64,000 nucleotides of DNA, taken from assembly GCA_020344335.1 (NCBI GenBank), contig CP070821.1, forward strand, positions 1,277,000-1,340,999, given 5' to 3'. Shown here in pieces: positions 1 through 11,251 of the stretch (positions within the stretch are counted from its first letter, which is position 1; each line of letters starts with the position of its first letter). The notes below the pieces were generated by a model. That model was not told the origin of the DNA. It saw only the letters and a program-made list of their open reading frames with translations, and ran no database searches. The DNA comes from Gammaproteobacteria bacterium (GTDB taxonomy: Bacteria; Pseudomonadota; Gammaproteobacteria; UBA9214). Position numbers and translations under genes: made by a program.

Positions 1-258
1 TGCTGCCCTGTTCATGTGCCGGTTCATGGCACGTCCGTTATAGTGATGCAGGCCCGGTGTATCGACATAGATCTGCTGTGATCGGCTGCCGGTCTTGATT
101 CCAAGTATGCGGTGGCGGGTTGTCTGGGGCCGCTTCGAGGTAATGCTGATTTTCTGGCCCAGCAACCGGTTCAGCAAGGTCGACTTGCCGACATTCGGTC
201 GTCCGACCAGCGCGATATATCCGCAACGAAATTCCGGTGACAACGGTTTACCCGCCAT
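1..258 (-). CDS. era: GTPase Era, N-terminal part (gene runs off the left edge)
   Basis: Minus-strand translation from ATG at 258 reads [30 protein letters not shown] (G1 P-loop GRPNVGKST). It overlaps the rnc stop by 11 nt and sits after rnc as in the lepA-lepB-rnc-era cluster. It is absent from the ORF track only because it is truncated at the window edge. Confidence 0.85.
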   Translation of the reverse strand, partial: MAGKPLSPEFRCGYIALVGRPNVGKSTLLNRLLGQKISITSKRPQTTRHRILGIKTGSRSQQIYVDTPGLHHYNGRAMNRHMNRAA

Positions 259-928
259 TCAAAAGCTCAAGCATTTTCATTGCCGCTTCCTGCTCGGCAT
301 GCCTGCGGCTCCTTGCCTTGCCCTCTGTAACCAGTTTCTCGGCCGCATTGACAGTACAATTCACCCGGAATGTCTGGGCATGGGCAGTGCCGGAGACTTC
401 CAGCACGACGTACTCGGGCAAGGCCAGCTGACGCGCCTGCAGGTATTCCTGCAAGCGTGTCTTGGGATCCTTGAGCCTGTCCGGGTGCGGCACCTCGCCA
501 AGTTTTTCCGCAAACAGGGAAAGGATGCATTGCCGGCAGGAAGTAAACCCCCCGTCAAGATAAATGGCGCCAAACAGGGCTTCCAGTGCATTGGCGGCAA
601 TGGAGTCACGCTGGTGTCCGCCGCTCTTGCGCTCGCCGGGACCGAGCCTGAGATAGTGGCTGATCTGAAGTTCCCTGGCGAGTTCGGCCAGCGTTTCGCG
701 CCGCACGAGACTGGAGCGCAGCCGGCTGAGTTCCCCCTCGCGGGCCTGCGGGTAACGTGCATACAACTCGTCCGCGATCACGAAACCGAGCATCGCGTCA
801 CCGAGAAACTCCAGGCGCTCATTGTTCCGGCTGCCGACACTTCGGTGAGTCAGCGCCTGTTGCAGGATATTCAGATCAGCAAACTGGTAACCAAGTTTTT
901 TTGCAAGATCTGCAAGGGGGTATGTCAA
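248..928 (-). CDS. rnc: Ribonuclease III
   Basis: 226 aa, RNase III signature [10 protein letters not shown]-terminal dsRBD-like region, position between lepB and era. Confidence 0.95.
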   Translation of the reverse strand: MTYPLADLAKKLGYQFADLNILQQALTHRSVGSRNNERLEFLGDAMLGFVIADELYARYPQAREGELSRLRSSLVRRETLAELARELQISHYLRLGPGERKSGGHQRDSIAANALEALFGAIYLDGGFTSCRQCILSLFAEKLGEVPHPDRLKDPKTRLQEYLQARQLALPEYVVLEVSGTAHAQTFRVNCTVNAAEKLVTEGKARSRRHAEQEAAMKMLELLNGG

Positions 929-1299
929 TTCCGGCGAACCTTGACCTGCTTGTGAAACTTCATCACGACATAAACATTTCCGAATATAGGTTCGCGTGCT
1001 TCATACCTGGCCGACACGTTGTAATAGGCGCCGAGCGGCTTGATGCTCACCTGCCGGGGGGTAATCGACTGCACATAACTGATGTCGAAACGTCGTTCGA
1101 TCAGTCGTCTGATGGCTTGCGGCGTCACATTGGACCAGCCGGTTTCTTCTTCAAGCGACTCCAGGGTAGATACGACCTTGTAGTATTCCATATACGCCGG
1201 CACCATCCGCAGCGCCAGAAGCACAAAAAAGCCGATCAATGCCAGCACGATCAGCCAGCCAATGGCAGTCATACCCTTTTGTCTGTTTAGTGAGTGCAT
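925..1299 (-). CDS. DUF4845-like small membrane-anchored protein
   Basis: 124 aa with N-terminal TM helix (GWLIVLALIGFFVLLAL). Conserved small ORF located between lepB and rnc in many gammaproteobacteria; 4-nt overlap with rnc. Confidence 0.6.
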   Translation of the reverse strand: MHSLNRQKGMTAIGWLIVLALIGFFVLLALRMVPAYMEYYKVVSTLESLEEETGWSNVTPQAIRRLIERRFDISYVQSITPRQVSIKPLGAYYNVSARYEAREPIFGNVYVVMKFHKQVKVRRN

Positions 1300-1320
1300 A
1301 GAGTCATCCTCGCATCTGCG

Positions 1321-2148
1321 CTATTGAATTTTCATTCCGATCCGGTCAGTGTCAATGCCCCCGTTGGCGGAATCCCAGTTCATCCAGATACGGAATGCCT
1401 TGCCGACCAGGTTCTTTTCAGGAACCGGCCCCCAGTAACGGCTGTCGTTACTATTATCACGGTTATCTCCCATAACAAAATACTCTCCTTCCGGGACAAT
1501 GTATTCCGCCTCGATCCCTGGTGTGCGCGGCATCACAAGAATACGGTGCTCCAGGTCACCCAAGCGCTCGATGCGCTCGTCGGCCCCCGACATGGAGACG
1601 CCGGATCCCGTGCCTACATAGGTAGCCTCCGGCACCTGCTCAGCGGGTTTTCCATTGATATGCAGGGTCTTCTTGTAATAGCCGATGCGGTCACCGGGGA
1701 CCCCGACGACTCGCTTTATGTAGTCCACGGACGGGTCCTTGGGATACCTGAACACCACAACATCACCGCGTTGTGGTTCTCCAATATCAATCACCTTGGT
1801 GTTCAGCACCGGCAGGCGGATACCGTAGGCATACTTGTTCACGAGAATGAAGTCGCCCACCAGCAGCGTCGGCATCATGGAACCCGACGGAATCCTGAAC
1901 GGTTCCACGAGGAATGATCGCAGCAGCAGCACGGCGAGGATGACCGGAAAGAAAGACTTGCAGTACTCGATCCAGGTTGGCTCCTTGAGTACTGATGCAA
2001 CCTGTTCAGATTCCGTGGGGACCCCGGCCTGGACCAGCCCGTCGGCCTTGCGGCGCCGGCGCGGCGCCCACAGCATGGAATCGACTGCCCAGGCCAGGCC
2101 GGTGAAAAAGGTCGCCGTTACCAGTACGGCTGGAAAATCAAAGTTCAT
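1321..2148 (-). CDS. lepB: Signal peptidase I
   Basis: 275 aa, N-terminal TM, catalytic Ser region (IPSGSMMPTL) and GDNRDNSNDSRYWG box; downstream of lepA. Confidence 0.95.
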   Translation of the reverse strand: MNFDFPAVLVTATFFTGLAWAVDSMLWAPRRRRKADGLVQAGVPTESEQVASVLKEPTWIEYCKSFFPVILAVLLLRSFLVEPFRIPSGSMMPTLLVGDFILVNKYAYGIRLPVLNTKVIDIGEPQRGDVVVFRYPKDPSVDYIKRVVGVPGDRIGYYKKTLHINGKPAEQVPEATYVGTGSGVSMSGADERIERLGDLEHRILVMPRTPGIEAEYIVPEGEYFVMGDNRDNSNDSRYWGPVPEKNLVGKAFRIWMNWDSANGGIDTDRIGMKIQ

Positions 2149-2207
2149 AAATACCCGTTTCTTTTATGTGGATAAATACAAGGCGGCCATTATAGACGAT
2201 ACCGACT

Positions 2208-4010
2208 TCAGTGGTTATCTACCCGCAACACGGCAAGAAATGCCGATTGCGGTATCTCGACCTTGCCAAACTGCTTCATGCGTTTCTTGCCGGCTTTCTG
2301 CTTCTCAAGCAGCTTGCGCTTGCGCGTGATATCGCCGCCATAGCATTTTGCGGTTACGTTCTTGCGCATGGCCTTGACCGTGGTCCGCGCAATGATCTGG
2401 GAGCCAATGGCTGCCTGTATCGCGACCTCATACATCTGCCGCGGTATCAGTTCCTTCATCTTTATAGCCAGAGCGCGGCCGCGACTCTGCACCGCGTCCC
2501 GGTGTACGATAACCGAGAGCGCATCGACCCGTTCGCCGTTAATCAGAATATCCAGCTTCACAAGCGGTGCCGGCTGGAAGCGCACGAAATGATAGTCAAA
2601 CGAGGCATAACCGCGACTCACCGATTTGAGCCGGTCAAAGAAATCGAGCACGATTTCACTCATCGGTAATTCATAAGTCAATGAGACCTGGGTGCCCAGG
2701 TACTGCATGTTTTTCTGGATACCGCGCTTCTCAACGCACAGGCCAATCACAGCCCCGAGATAGTCCTGGGGCACCAGGATATTCGCCTCGATGACCGGTT
2801 CGCGGACCTCCTCGATCCGGTTGGCCGGCGGCAGGCTGGCGGGATTATCTATCTGCAGCAGCTCTCCAGAGGTGGTCTGCACCTCGTAGATGACCGTGGG
2901 CGCCGTGGTGATCAGGTCCAGATCGTATTCGCGTTCCAGTCGCTCCTGCACGATCTCCATGTGCAACATACCAAGGAATCCGCAACGGAAACCGAAACCA
3001 AGTGCCTGCGATGTTTCCGGCTCATAGTGCAGCGCCGCATCATTCAGGCGCAGTTTTTGCAGTGCCTCGCGCAGATTCTCGTAATCATCCGAGTTCACCG
3101 GAAACAGACCTGCGAATACGCGCGGTTGCACCGTCATAAATCCCGGCAACGACTCCTTCGCCGGGTGACCGGCATGCGTCAGGGTATCACCTACCGGCGC
3201 ACCCTCGATGTCCTTGATGCCGGCAATGACAAATCCCGTATCACCGGCCTGCAGATAATCACGGTCTTTCGGTTTCGGTGTAAACACACCCAGTTTCTCG
3301 ACCTGAAAGGTCCGCCCGGTAGACATGACCGAGATTTTTTCGCGTCGGCAAAGTTTTCCCTCGACAATTCTTACCAGCGAGATGACCCCGACATAGTTGT
3401 CGAACCAGGAATCCACAATCAGGGCACGCAAGGGTGCTTCGTCATCCCCTCCCGGAGGCGGAATCTTTTCAATCAGCGACTCGAGCAGGTCAACCACCCC
3501 TTCCCCGGTCTTGGCGCTCACGCGTACCGCATCGTCGGCCTCAATACCGATAATGCTCTCGATCTCCTGGATCACACGTTCCGGTTCGGCCGCTGGCAGG
3601 TCGATCTTGTTGAGCACAGGGACAACCTCCAGCCCCTGGTCAATCGCCGTGTAGCAGTTGGCGACACTTTGCGCCTCGACACCCTGGGCAGCATCAACCA
3701 CCAGCAGCGCACCTTCGCACGCGGCCAGTGACCGTGACACCTCGTAGGAAAAATCCACATGGCCCGGGGTGTCGATCAGGTTGAGTTCATAGGTTTCTCC
3801 ATTGCGCGCACGGTAGTTGAGGGACACGCTCTGTGCCTTGATGGTGATGCCGCGTTCCCTCTCAAGATCCATGGAATCCAGTACCTGGTCTTCCATTTCA
3901 CGCTCGCTCAGTCCACCGCATATCTGGATAAACCGGTCGGCCAGCGTCGACTTGCCATGATCAATATGGGCAATGATCGAGAAATTGCGGACGTGTTGTC
4001 GATCAGTCAT
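2208..4010 (-). CDS. lepA: Elongation factor 4 (LepA)
   Basis: GTPase motifs [32 protein letters not shown], plus the LepA C-terminal domain. ORF extends to 4061, but the Met at 4010 ([10 protein letters not shown]...) gives the canonical 600 aa length. Confidence 0.92.
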   Translation of the reverse strand: MTDRQHVRNFSIIAHIDHGKSTLADRFIQICGGLSEREMEDQVLDSMDLERERGITIKAQSVSLNYRARNGETYELNLIDTPGHVDFSYEVSRSLAACEGALLVVDAAQGVEAQSVANCYTAIDQGLEVVPVLNKIDLPAAEPERVIQEIESIIGIEADDAVRVSAKTGEGVVDLLESLIEKIPPPGGDDEAPLRALIVDSWFDNYVGVISLVRIVEGKLCRREKISVMSTGRTFQVEKLGVFTPKPKDRDYLQAGDTGFVIAGIKDIEGAPVGDTLTHAGHPAKESLPGFMTVQPRVFAGLFPVNSDDYENLREALQKLRLNDAALHYEPETSQALGFGFRCGFLGMLHMEIVQERLEREYDLDLITTAPTVIYEVQTTSGELLQIDNPASLPPANRIEEVREPVIEANILVPQDYLGAVIGLCVEKRGIQKNMQYLGTQVSLTYELPMSEIVLDFFDRLKSVSRGYASFDYHFVRFQPAPLVKLDILINGERVDALSVIVHRDAVQSRGRALAIKMKELIPRQMYEVAIQAAIGSQIIARTTVKAMRKNVTAKCYGGDITRKRKLLEKQKAGKKRMKQFGKVEIPQSAFLAVLRVDNH

Positions 4011-4134
4011 GACAAGATTGCGCGCAGGGGCCATGCTGGCGCGTGAGCCCTGCGATGCCATCGATTCTGTGATTCGGGCAATGGGACAGTAAGTTAACTG
4101 GCTGATTGTACTTAAAGTTTTTTATTATACACGT

Positions 4135-4377
4135 TCAGGCCGACCGGCAGTACTCGTGCAGGCGTTTCCGGTCGAGAAAATAACAGCACAGCTCGGTGTC
4201 AGCACCTACCAGCACCGGCACCCGGTCCCCGTAGCACTCGGCCAGTGCCGGGTCATTATCGACGTCACAAACGCGGTAACTGAAATCCAGTCCGGGCTTC
4301 AGCAACTCCAGCTCCTGCACCATGTCGGTACACAGGTGACAGCCATGCCGTACATAGACCGTTAACGTGGCCGGCAT
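4135..4377 (-). CDS. Glutaredoxin-like small thioredoxin-fold protein (DUF836-like)
   Basis: 80 aa with N-terminal CxxC (GCHLCTDM) and a CC pair near the C-terminus; size and motif typical of glutaredoxin 2-like proteins. Confidence 0.55.
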   Translation of the reverse strand: MPATLTVYVRHGCHLCTDMVQELELLKPGLDFSYRVCDVDNDPALAECYGDRVPVLVGADTELCCYFLDRKRLHEYCRSA

Positions 4378-4410
4378 TGCCCGCCAGCTTTACCTGCACG
4401 CAAGGCGCGT

Positions 4411-5844
4411 CTAGCCTTCATCGGCGGCCGGCACCCTGATCGCCAGAAAGGTGGGCCCGCCATTGCGCTGAACCAGTACGGCTACCGACTTGTCACCGGG
4501 AAGGTCCTTCACCAGTTCCTGGAACTTCTCGACATTCTTTACGGGCTTGTTGCCAATACTCAGGATGATGTCACCCTTGCGTACACCGGCTCGGGAAGCC
4601 GGCCCATCAACGAGACGGGTTACCACGACACCAGCATCGACCTCGAGTTCCGCGCGCTGCTCATCCGTCAAATCTGACACACTCAGACCCAGCCGGTTGC
4701 TTTTATCAGCTGCAGGCTTTTCGGCACTGGCAACGGCCACATCCTCCGGCAGCTCACCAAGCTTTACCTTGATAGCCTTCTGCTTGCGGCCACGAATCAC
4801 GTCAACCGGTACAAAAACACCGACCCTGGTTCTGCCAACGATGGGTGGCAGACTGGCCGAATCCCTGACTTCCTTGCCGTCAAACCTGATGATCACATCA
4901 CCCACCTCGATGCCCGCCTCTTTGGCCGGACTGTCCGGCAGAACCTTGGCAACCAGTGCGCCGCGCGGCTGTTCCATGCCAAACGATTCGGCAAGGTCGA
5001 GGGTGATGTCCTGGATCAGCACCCCAAGCCAGCCGCGACTGACCCGGCCGGTGGTCTTGAGCTGTTCAGCCACATCCATGGCCACCTCGATCGGGATGGC
5101 AAAAGACAGGCCCATGTAACCACCGGTTCGGCTGTAGATCTGTGAATTTACCCCGACGACCTCGCCATCCTGGTTAAACAGCGGACCACCCGAGTTACCC
5201 GGATTGATCGCCACATCTGTCTGGATGAAAGGAACATAGTTTTCCCGCGGCAGGCTGCGCCCCTTGGCGCTCACAATGCCGGCAGTGGCTGAATAGTCGA
5301 AACCGAAGGGTGAACCGATCGCCAGTACCCATTCACCGACTTCCAGTGAATCCGAGGTGCCGATTTTCGCAACCGGCAGGTCGGTGGCATCGATCTTCAG
5401 CAGTGCCACGTCACTGCGCTTGTCTGTCCCGATCACCTCACCACGCAGTTCACGCCGGTCATTGAGTCGTACGATGATCTCGTCAGCATCCTTGACCACA
5501 TGGTAGTTCGTAAGCACGTACCCGTCTGCCGAGATGATAAAACCGGATCCCAGCGACTTCGCATCGCGGTAGCCGGGTCCACCCTCTTCCTGGTCAAAGA
5601 AATACTTGAACAGCTCTCCGAACGGGCTGCCTTCCGGCAGATCCGGAATCTCGAAGCCCTCCGGCAGCCCCTGGACCCTGGATTGCACCTTCTGTGTGGT
5701 GCTGATATTGACCACGGCCGGGCCAGCCTCCTTGACAAGGTCGGTGAACCCCGGAAGCTCACGCGCCTGGGCGCTATGGACAGCGAACATCACTAAAAGA
5801 CCTGTCAGACAGGTATACCCAAAAATCTTGCGGGTCTGTGTCAT
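4411..5844 (-). CDS. mucD: Periplasmic serine endoprotease DegP/MucD (HtrA family, two PDZ domains)
   Basis: 477 aa with signal peptide, trypsin-like catalytic triad region including GNSGGPL, and two PDZ-like repeats; last gene of the rpoE-mucABCD operon. Confidence 0.9.
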   Translation of the reverse strand: MTQTRKIFGYTCLTGLLVMFAVHSAQARELPGFTDLVKEAGPAVVNISTTQKVQSRVQGLPEGFEIPDLPEGSPFGELFKYFFDQEEGGPGYRDAKSLGSGFIISADGYVLTNYHVVKDADEIIVRLNDRRELRGEVIGTDKRSDVALLKIDATDLPVAKIGTSDSLEVGEWVLAIGSPFGFDYSATAGIVSAKGRSLPRENYVPFIQTDVAINPGNSGGPLFNQDGEVVGVNSQIYSRTGGYMGLSFAIPIEVAMDVAEQLKTTGRVSRGWLGVLIQDITLDLAESFGMEQPRGALVAKVLPDSPAKEAGIEVGDVIIRFDGKEVRDSASLPPIVGRTRVGVFVPVDVIRGRKQKAIKVKLGELPEDVAVASAEKPAADKSNRLGLSVSDLTDEQRAELEVDAGVVVTRLVDGPASRAGVRKGDIILSIGNKPVKNVEKFQELVKDLPGDKSVAVLVQRNGGPTFLAIRVPAADEG

Positions 5845-5902
5845 ACGATTCTCTCCAGACTATTTATCAGGTAAAACACTTTAATACGGCAATAGCCGGT
5901 CT

Positions 5903-6364
5903 CTAATCTACAGTTGCAGTCAACTGGCGCAGCAAGACAGGCTGGTAGCGCTCATCCTGCTCCGATCTTCTGCTAAAGGAACGTAACCAGGCAAGACCTG
6001 CGGCAAAACCGGCGGCTGCCGCCAGGATAGTGGTCAAATCGGCATGTGCCGACGCGCTCCCGGAAAACAGGTAAGAACCTGCCACGGCACCGGCAAACAG
6101 GCCCGCCAGCGGTACGCAATAAACCGCCAGAGAACCGCGCAGCAGTCCGGACTCCGAAATCCCGATCACGACGCGATCACCGACCGAGACCCCGATGCGG
6201 TCGATCACGCGTACCGGCTCAATGCGCCGGCCCAGGATTTTCGCCAGCACCGAGGTACCACAGCCGCTGCGCACCGAACAGCTGTTACAGGCCGTATTCG
6301 GCGCTGTTTCTATCCAGGCGAATTGATCCCGCACTGCGACTACCTTCCCTGCTTCCTCAAGCAT
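5903..6364 (-). CDS. rseC: Sigma-E factor regulatory protein RseC/MucC
   Basis: About 153 aa, N-terminal Cys cluster CNSCSVRSGCG and two C-terminal TM helices, located between mucB and mucD. ORF extends to 6379; the Met at 6364 is preferred. Confidence 0.7.
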   Translation of the reverse strand: MLEEAGKVVAVRDQFAWIETAPNTACNSCSVRSGCGTSVLAKILGRRIEPVRVIDRIGVSVGDRVVIGISESGLLRGSLAVYCVPLAGLFAGAVAGSYLFSGSASAHADLTTILAAAAGFAAGLAWLRSFSRRSEQDERYQPVLLRQLTATVD

Positions 6365-7349
6365 CGGGGGAATCCTCATGCTGTTGCACTGATTCGGCCA
6401 TCATCTTGACAGTCACGGCCGGCACATCGCCTACCACGGTTACAAGGTGACTGTCGACAACGACCCGGTAGGCATTTATGGCACCCATACTGGACAAGCC
6501 GAGATAGGCATCCTTGTCGGGCGGCCCGGTTTCCACATAGACAGAAACGGTTGCCAGCCCGTCACTGTACACCAGGTGTTCACCATACTCGCCGTCAGGC
6601 CTGATACGCTTGCGCTGGTAATTCGTCAGGTCAAATCCGGCCGGTAATCTCGATACTGTCCAGTGTGGTTCTCTTTGTGTTTCTGCCTGTTGCGTCTCCT
6701 TGCTGACATCCTGGTGATACCATGCATAACCGTCCCCCGTAAGAGAAGGCTGCAGCTCCGAATCCGGTATGGGGATGCCAATGCCCAGGCGGGTAAACAT
6801 GACCTGCTCGATCGGTTTGCTGTCAACATCGGTAAGGTCAGAGCGAAGAAACATCTTGCTGTCCTTGTCGATCCAGAAACGGTACCCGTATCGATAGGCG
6901 TCCTTCGGGGTAATTGAAATCATCCGGGTAAGGTAACCTGCGATCCTGTCCTCGCCGGAATTTTCAATACGGTAGTATTTTTCCAGTGTATCCAGGTCCC
7001 GGGGAACCACCGGGAACGGCTGCCGTGGCCGGCTCTGCCCCACCATGACCGATTTGCTGTCGGGCATGATGCAGGTCACCGATTCGTTGTTGCGCAGCAC
7101 CTCGCGGGCACTGCCCGTAAGCGAGACCAAACGTTCCCGCTCTCCGCCTTCTCCAAGCTGGTGAATAATCCGCATGGCTTCCAGCTTGCCATCATGCAGG
7201 TAAACAAATGTCCCGTCGTAATTGAGGTTCTGTACCGCGCTTGACATATCATCCAGCCATTGCCCCGGTGGTTCCTGTGCAACAGCCGGGGCTGCCGCCG
7301 CCAGGAACAACAGCTGCAGCCAGCGCACGTCGTTATTCCTTGCTGCCAC
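6357..7349 (-). CDS. rseB: Sigma-E regulatory protein RseB/MucB
   Basis: 330 aa periplasmic protein with signal peptide and the RseB-like body; operon position after rseA. Confidence 0.85.
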   Translation of the reverse strand: MAARNNDVRWLQLLFLAAAAPAVAQEPPGQWLDDMSSAVQNLNYDGTFVYLHDGKLEAMRIIHQLGEGGERERLVSLTGSAREVLRNNESVTCIMPDSKSVMVGQSRPRQPFPVVPRDLDTLEKYYRIENSGEDRIAGYLTRMISITPKDAYRYGYRFWIDKDSKMFLRSDLTDVDSKPIEQVMFTRLGIGIPIPDSELQPSLTGDGYAWYHQDVSKETQQAETQREPHWTVSRLPAGFDLTNYQRKRIRPDGEYGEHLVYSDGLATVSVYVETGPPDKDAYLGLSSMGAINAYRVVVDSHLVTVVGDVPAVTVKMMAESVQQHEDSPDA

Positions 7350-7896
7350 TGCTTATTTCATTACTGAGAATACGCACATAGGGCAGCACGCCCTGCATCC
7401 CGCGATTCACAGCATATTCATTGTGGTTCACAAGGTAGATATCGAGAGTCGTATCCGCACGGGGCGGGGTTGCCGGCTCCGGCGTACTATCAGCCCGGAT
7501 AAAGTCCGCACTGGATGGTGTGCTCGCCACTGGGGGCAGTGGGGCAGCATCCTCACGAACAGATTGCAGGGAAAGTACCGCGACAACTGCTACGGAAGCC
7601 GCCACCGCGAGCCCTGTTACCGGCTTCAACAAGGCAGCCAACCGCTTGCTTGCCGGTATGGAGGACCGGGCATCCGTCGGTTCGTTCAGGACAGCGGCCT
7701 GCACCCGCGCAGAGAACCCCGGATCGATCTGGTCCGGCAACTGGTTCCGCAGGGAGTCACTGATAAGCTGGTAGCGGGCCAGGCGCCTGTGCAGGTATGA
7801 ATCTGTTCCAAGGCGTTTCATCAGCAATGCCTGCTCCGCCTCTGACAATTCATCATCAACCAGTGCCGAAAGCTGTTCGTGTAATTTGTCTTTCAT
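7333..7896 (-). CDS. rseA: Anti-sigma-E factor RseA/MucA
   Basis: 187 aa; N-terminal anti-sigma domain MKDKLHEQLSALVDDELSEAEQ..., central TM helix, Pro/Ala-rich periplasmic tail; immediately downstream of rpoE. Confidence 0.8.
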   Translation of the reverse strand: MKDKLHEQLSALVDDELSEAEQALLMKRLGTDSYLHRRLARYQLISDSLRNQLPDQIDPGFSARVQAAVLNEPTDARSSIPASKRLAALLKPVTGLAVAASVAVVAVLSLQSVREDAAPLPPVASTPSSADFIRADSTPEPATPPRADTTLDIYLVNHNEYAVNRGMQGVLPYVRILSNEISSGSKE

Positions 7897-7915
7897 AAAA
7901 ATGAACCTGCTTAAA

Positions 7916-8491
7916 CTATTTCAGTAACGGTTGCAATTTGCCGTCAATCGCATCCCTGGCCCTGAATATCCGCGAACGCACTGTACCGATGGGGCAATCC
8001 ATGGCCAGCGCTATTTCCTCATAACTCATACCTTCAAGTTCCCGTAGCGTAATTGCCGTGCGCAGATCATCAGGCAGCTCATCGATAGCCCTGGCTATGG
8101 TTGCCTGAATCTCGTCCTTCAAAACCAGGTGCTCCGGTGTGTCATACTCTCTCAGACCGGCAGCACCGTCATATTGTTCCGCCTCACCTGCATCAATGTC
8201 GTTACCAGGTGGGCGCCGGCGCATCGCCACCAGGTGATTCTTGGCCGTGTTGATCGCTATCCGGTACAACCAGGTGTAGAACGCACTTTCGCCACGGAAC
8301 CGGCCCATGGCACGGTAGGCCTTGATAAAGGCCTCCTGGGCGACATCCATGGCCTCATCTGGATCATGTACATAGCGATGTACCAGCTTGATGATCTTGT
8401 TCTCGTATTTGAGTACGAGTATGTCAAAAGCCGACTTGTCACCACCCTGTACCCGCTCAACCAGTGCCTGATCAATATTTCGTTCACTCAT
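7916..8491 (-). CDS. rpoE: RNA polymerase sigma-E (sigma-24, AlgU/RpoE, ECF family)
   Basis: Region 2 (DVAQEAFIKAYRA) and region 4 (SYEEIALAMDCPIGTVRSRI) of an ECF sigma; divergent from nadB as in E. coli. Met at 8491 gives about 191 aa (ORF reaches 8536). Confidence 0.93.
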   Translation of the reverse strand: MSERNIDQALVERVQGGDKSAFDILVLKYENKIIKLVHRYVHDPDEAMDVAQEAFIKAYRAMGRFRGESAFYTWLYRIAINTAKNHLVAMRRRPPGNDIDAGEAEQYDGAAGLREYDTPEHLVLKDEIQATIARAIDELPDDLRTAITLRELEGMSYEEIALAMDCPIGTVRSRIFRARDAIDGKLQPLLK

Positions 8492-8672
8492 CGGTGCCCC
8501 GTTCACCGGCGCCCCGGAACGCTGTGTGCCGGCCATGTGACAACATCAACAACAAATAGTTCGCATAAATCATCAAAATTATGATATTTATCAGGAAGTC
8601 CCAACAAGCCCCCGGATGCCGGTACCCGGTACAAGGGCCAACAGTAACCATTAAGCCCTACAGGCTCAAGCG

Positions 8673-10316
8673 ATGGAACCAGCAGAGGCATTCGACGTAC
8701 TGATCATCGGCAGCGGCGCCGCCGGCCTGAGCCTCGCGCTCGAACTCCCGGCACATCTGCAGGTTGCCGTCATTTCCAAGAGCCGCCTGCAGGAGGGTTG
8801 CACCCTATATGCCCAGGGCGGGATCTCGTCCGTCACCCACCCGGAGGATTCCTTCGCCTCGCATATCGAGGATACGCTGGATGCCGGTGTCGGGTTAAAC
8901 AACCCGGAGGCCGTCCGGTATGCCATAGAGGCCGCGCCTGCTGCCATCAAGCAACTGGTGAAAATCGGTGTCCCGTTTACCCGGCACCCGGAGGCGGACC
9001 AGAAACAGCAATTTCACCTCACCCGGGAAGGCGGCCACTCGGCGCGCCGGGTACTGCACTCGGCGGATGCCACGGGCAAGGCGATCGAGGATACGCTGAT
9101 AAACCAGGCACAGCAGCGCAATAATATTTCCCTGTTCGAGCATCACATCTGCGTCGACCTGATTACCGGTGCGAAGCTCGGGCTGGACCAAAACCGCTGC
9201 CTGGGAGCCTATGTGCTCGACCGCAAGGAGAAACACGTCAAGGTTTTTGCCGCACGCTTCGTGGTGCTGGCAACCGGGGGGGCCAGCAAGGTCTACCTGT
9301 ACACCAGTAACCCGGACACCTCCAGCGGTGATGGCATCGCCATGGCCTGGCGTGCCGGTTGCCGGGTCGCGAACATGGAATTCAACCAGTTTCACCCGAC
9401 CTGCCTGTACCACCCGAAGGCCAAGTCCTTCCTCATATCGGAGGCAGTCCGCGGCGAAGGCGGCCGGCTGCTGCTTCCCAATGGTGAACCGTTCATGGAA
9501 CGCTTTGATCACCGTGGTGACCTGGCACCACGGGACATCGTTGCCCGTGCCATCGACCACGAGATGAAACGCCTGGGGCTGGAATATGTTCTGCTGGATA
9601 TCAGCCACAAGCCGGCACCGTTTATCAGGGAACATTTTCCGACCATCTACGCCCGTTGCAGGGAACTGGGTTACGACATGGCCCTGAAGCCGATTCCTGT
9701 GGTACCGGCAGCGCATTACACCTGTGGTGGCGTGGTGACCGATCTCCGGGCGCGTACCGACATCCCCGGCCTGTATGCCATTGGCGAGGTGGCGTGTACC
9801 GGAATGCACGGGGCCAACCGCATGGCCAGCAACTCGCTGCTGGAATGTGTAGTGTTCGCCCATGTCGCAAGCATGGACATCCAGGAGCAGCTGGACACAG
9901 TGGCCGCACCGCCCCCGTTACCGCCCTGGGATGAATCCCGGGTACGCGATTCCGATGAGGAGGTCGTGGTCACCCACAACTGGGATGAACTGCGCCGTTG
10001 TATGTGGAACTACGTCGGCATTGTGCGCACCAACAAGCGACTGGAGCGTGCGTCCCGGCGCGTGCAGCTGCTGCTGCAGGAAATCCAGGAGTATTACAGC
10101 AATTTCACCATCTCCGGGGACCTGCTGGAACTGCGCAACCTGGCACAGGTTGCCGAGCTGATTATCCGCTCGGCCCAGCAACGCAAGGAAAGTCGCGGGT
10201 TGCATTACACGCTGGATTACCCGGAAACGGATACCAGCAGGCCGCCCAGGGATACGGTCCTGGTCCCTCACACCTTCAGGGAGGAAGCCGCTACCAGGCA
10301 CCTCGCCAGTCAGTAG
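8673..10316 (+). CDS. nadB: L-aspartate oxidase
   Basis: 547 aa; FAD dinucleotide-binding N-terminus [16 protein letters not shown] and fumarate reductase/succinate dehydrogenase flavoprotein family body. Confidence 0.93.
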   Translation: MEPAEAFDVLIIGSGAAGLSLALELPAHLQVAVISKSRLQEGCTLYAQGGISSVTHPEDSFASHIEDTLDAGVGLNNPEAVRYAIEAAPAAIKQLVKIGVPFTRHPEADQKQQFHLTREGGHSARRVLHSADATGKAIEDTLINQAQQRNNISLFEHHICVDLITGAKLGLDQNRCLGAYVLDRKEKHVKVFAARFVVLATGGASKVYLYTSNPDTSSGDGIAMAWRAGCRVANMEFNQFHPTCLYHPKAKSFLISEAVRGEGGRLLLPNGEPFMERFDHRGDLAPRDIVARAIDHEMKRLGLEYVLLDISHKPAPFIREHFPTIYARCRELGYDMALKPIPVVPAAHYTCGGVVTDLRARTDIPGLYAIGEVACTGMHGANRMASNSLLECVVFAHVASMDIQEQLDTVAAPPPLPPWDESRVRDSDEEVVVTHNWDELRRCMWNYVGIVRTNKRLERASRRVQLLLQEIQEYYSNFTISGDLLELRNLAQVAELIIRSAQQRKESRGLHYTLDYPETDTSRPPRDTVLVPHTFREEAATRHLASQ

Positions 10317-10576
10317 GGCAGAAAACCGTCCGGTGGCATTTCATTATCCGGACTGCAGGTGACATCACTCACCCGTGCGGCCGGCGGGCCCTGCGCCAGC
10401 CAGTCACACAGTTGCTGTACAGCCGCATCCGTGCCACAGGCCAGCACCTCGACCCGGCCATCGGGCAGATTGCGTGCATAGCCGCGGATGCCCAGCAAGT
10501 GTGCCTGCTCGGTTGTGGAGGCTCTGAAAAACACGCCCTGAACCCGACCGGAGACATAGCATCGCCTGCAGGACAT
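10310..10576 (-). CDS. Acylphosphatase
   Basis: 88 aa, acylphosphatase signature [11 protein letters not shown] ... [13 protein letters not shown]. Confidence 0.85.
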   Translation of the reverse strand: MSCRRCYVSGRVQGVFFRASTTEQAHLLGIRGYARNLPDGRVEVLACGTDAAVQQLCDWLAQGPPAARVSDVTCSPDNEMPPDGFLPY

Positions 10577-10591
10577 GCCGCGTGGATAATG

Positions 10592-11110
10592 CTAGCGTGT
10601 CATGGTGGCGGTCCTGACCCGGACGGGTCCCGCCTGTGTACTGCCCTGTTGTGTACGTTTACGCTCCAGGAACGCCTCGAGTGCTACCCCGGTAATCGGC
10701 CCTTCCTGGCGTGCAATGCGTTCACCGGTCGGCGAGATGATGTAGGTCGTCGGCAGCCCCATCACCGGGCCCAGTTCCGTTCTCGGTGCCGGGTCCATGC
10801 GCAGTACGGGATAGGACATGAAATGGCTTTCAACGAACTCCAGCAGGTAATCCTCGTTGACCTCTTCAAAACTCACGCCCAGGACAACGGCATCCTTGTC
10901 CTTGTGTTTCTCGTGAAATTCAACCAGCTCAGGGATCTCTTCCAGGCATGGCGGACACCAGGTGGCCCAATAGTTAACGACGACCCACTTGCCGCGATAG
11001 TCTGACAGGGACACCTTGTTACCGTTGATATCGGGCAAGGTGAAATCGACCTTCTCCGCACCAACGGCGGCAAGGGAAAACAATCCGGCCAGAAAAATGA
11101 CAAAACGCAT
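10592..11110 (-). CDS. Periplasmic TlpA/ResA-like thiol:disulfide oxidoreductase
   Basis: 172 aa with signal peptide and thioredoxin motif WATWCPPC. Confidence 0.85.
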   Translation of the reverse strand: MRFVIFLAGLFSLAAVGAEKVDFTLPDINGNKVSLSDYRGKWVVVNYWATWCPPCLEEIPELVEFHEKHKDKDAVVLGVSFEEVNEDYLLEFVESHFMSYPVLRMDPAPRTELGPVMGLPTTYIISPTGERIARQEGPITGVALEAFLERKRTQQGSTQAGPVRVRTATMTR

Positions 11111-11251
11111 CAGCTGCTCCCGCGCAAAAAACAGCAGTGATTATACCCTAAATTCACAACGATCATCATTGTATCCAGTACCTGCCTGCAGCGAATCAGG
11201 CTAGAATTGAAGTGAATCAGGGGCATGCAACCGTCTGCAAGGTGCATCGTT

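Noticed and set aside
2961-3731. 256-aa plus-strand ORF inside lepA. Similar long antisense ORFs lie inside nadB (8895..9863 minus and 9998..11005 plus), metG (21283..22452 minus), rnfC (25206..26204 minus), the E2-E3 gene (46320..47420 and 47811..48551 plus), purM (17063..17422) and others.
   Set aside because: These are typical shadow ORFs of a 60 percent GC genome. Each is fully embedded antisense to a gene with strong family-level similarity, and none has recognisable motifs of its own.
8537-8672. Looked for a sigma-E-type autoregulatory promoter (GGAACTT-N16-TCTGA) upstream of rpoE.
   Set aside because: Only a partial GGGACTT match, with no convincing -10 at the right spacing. Not reportable without a motif scan.
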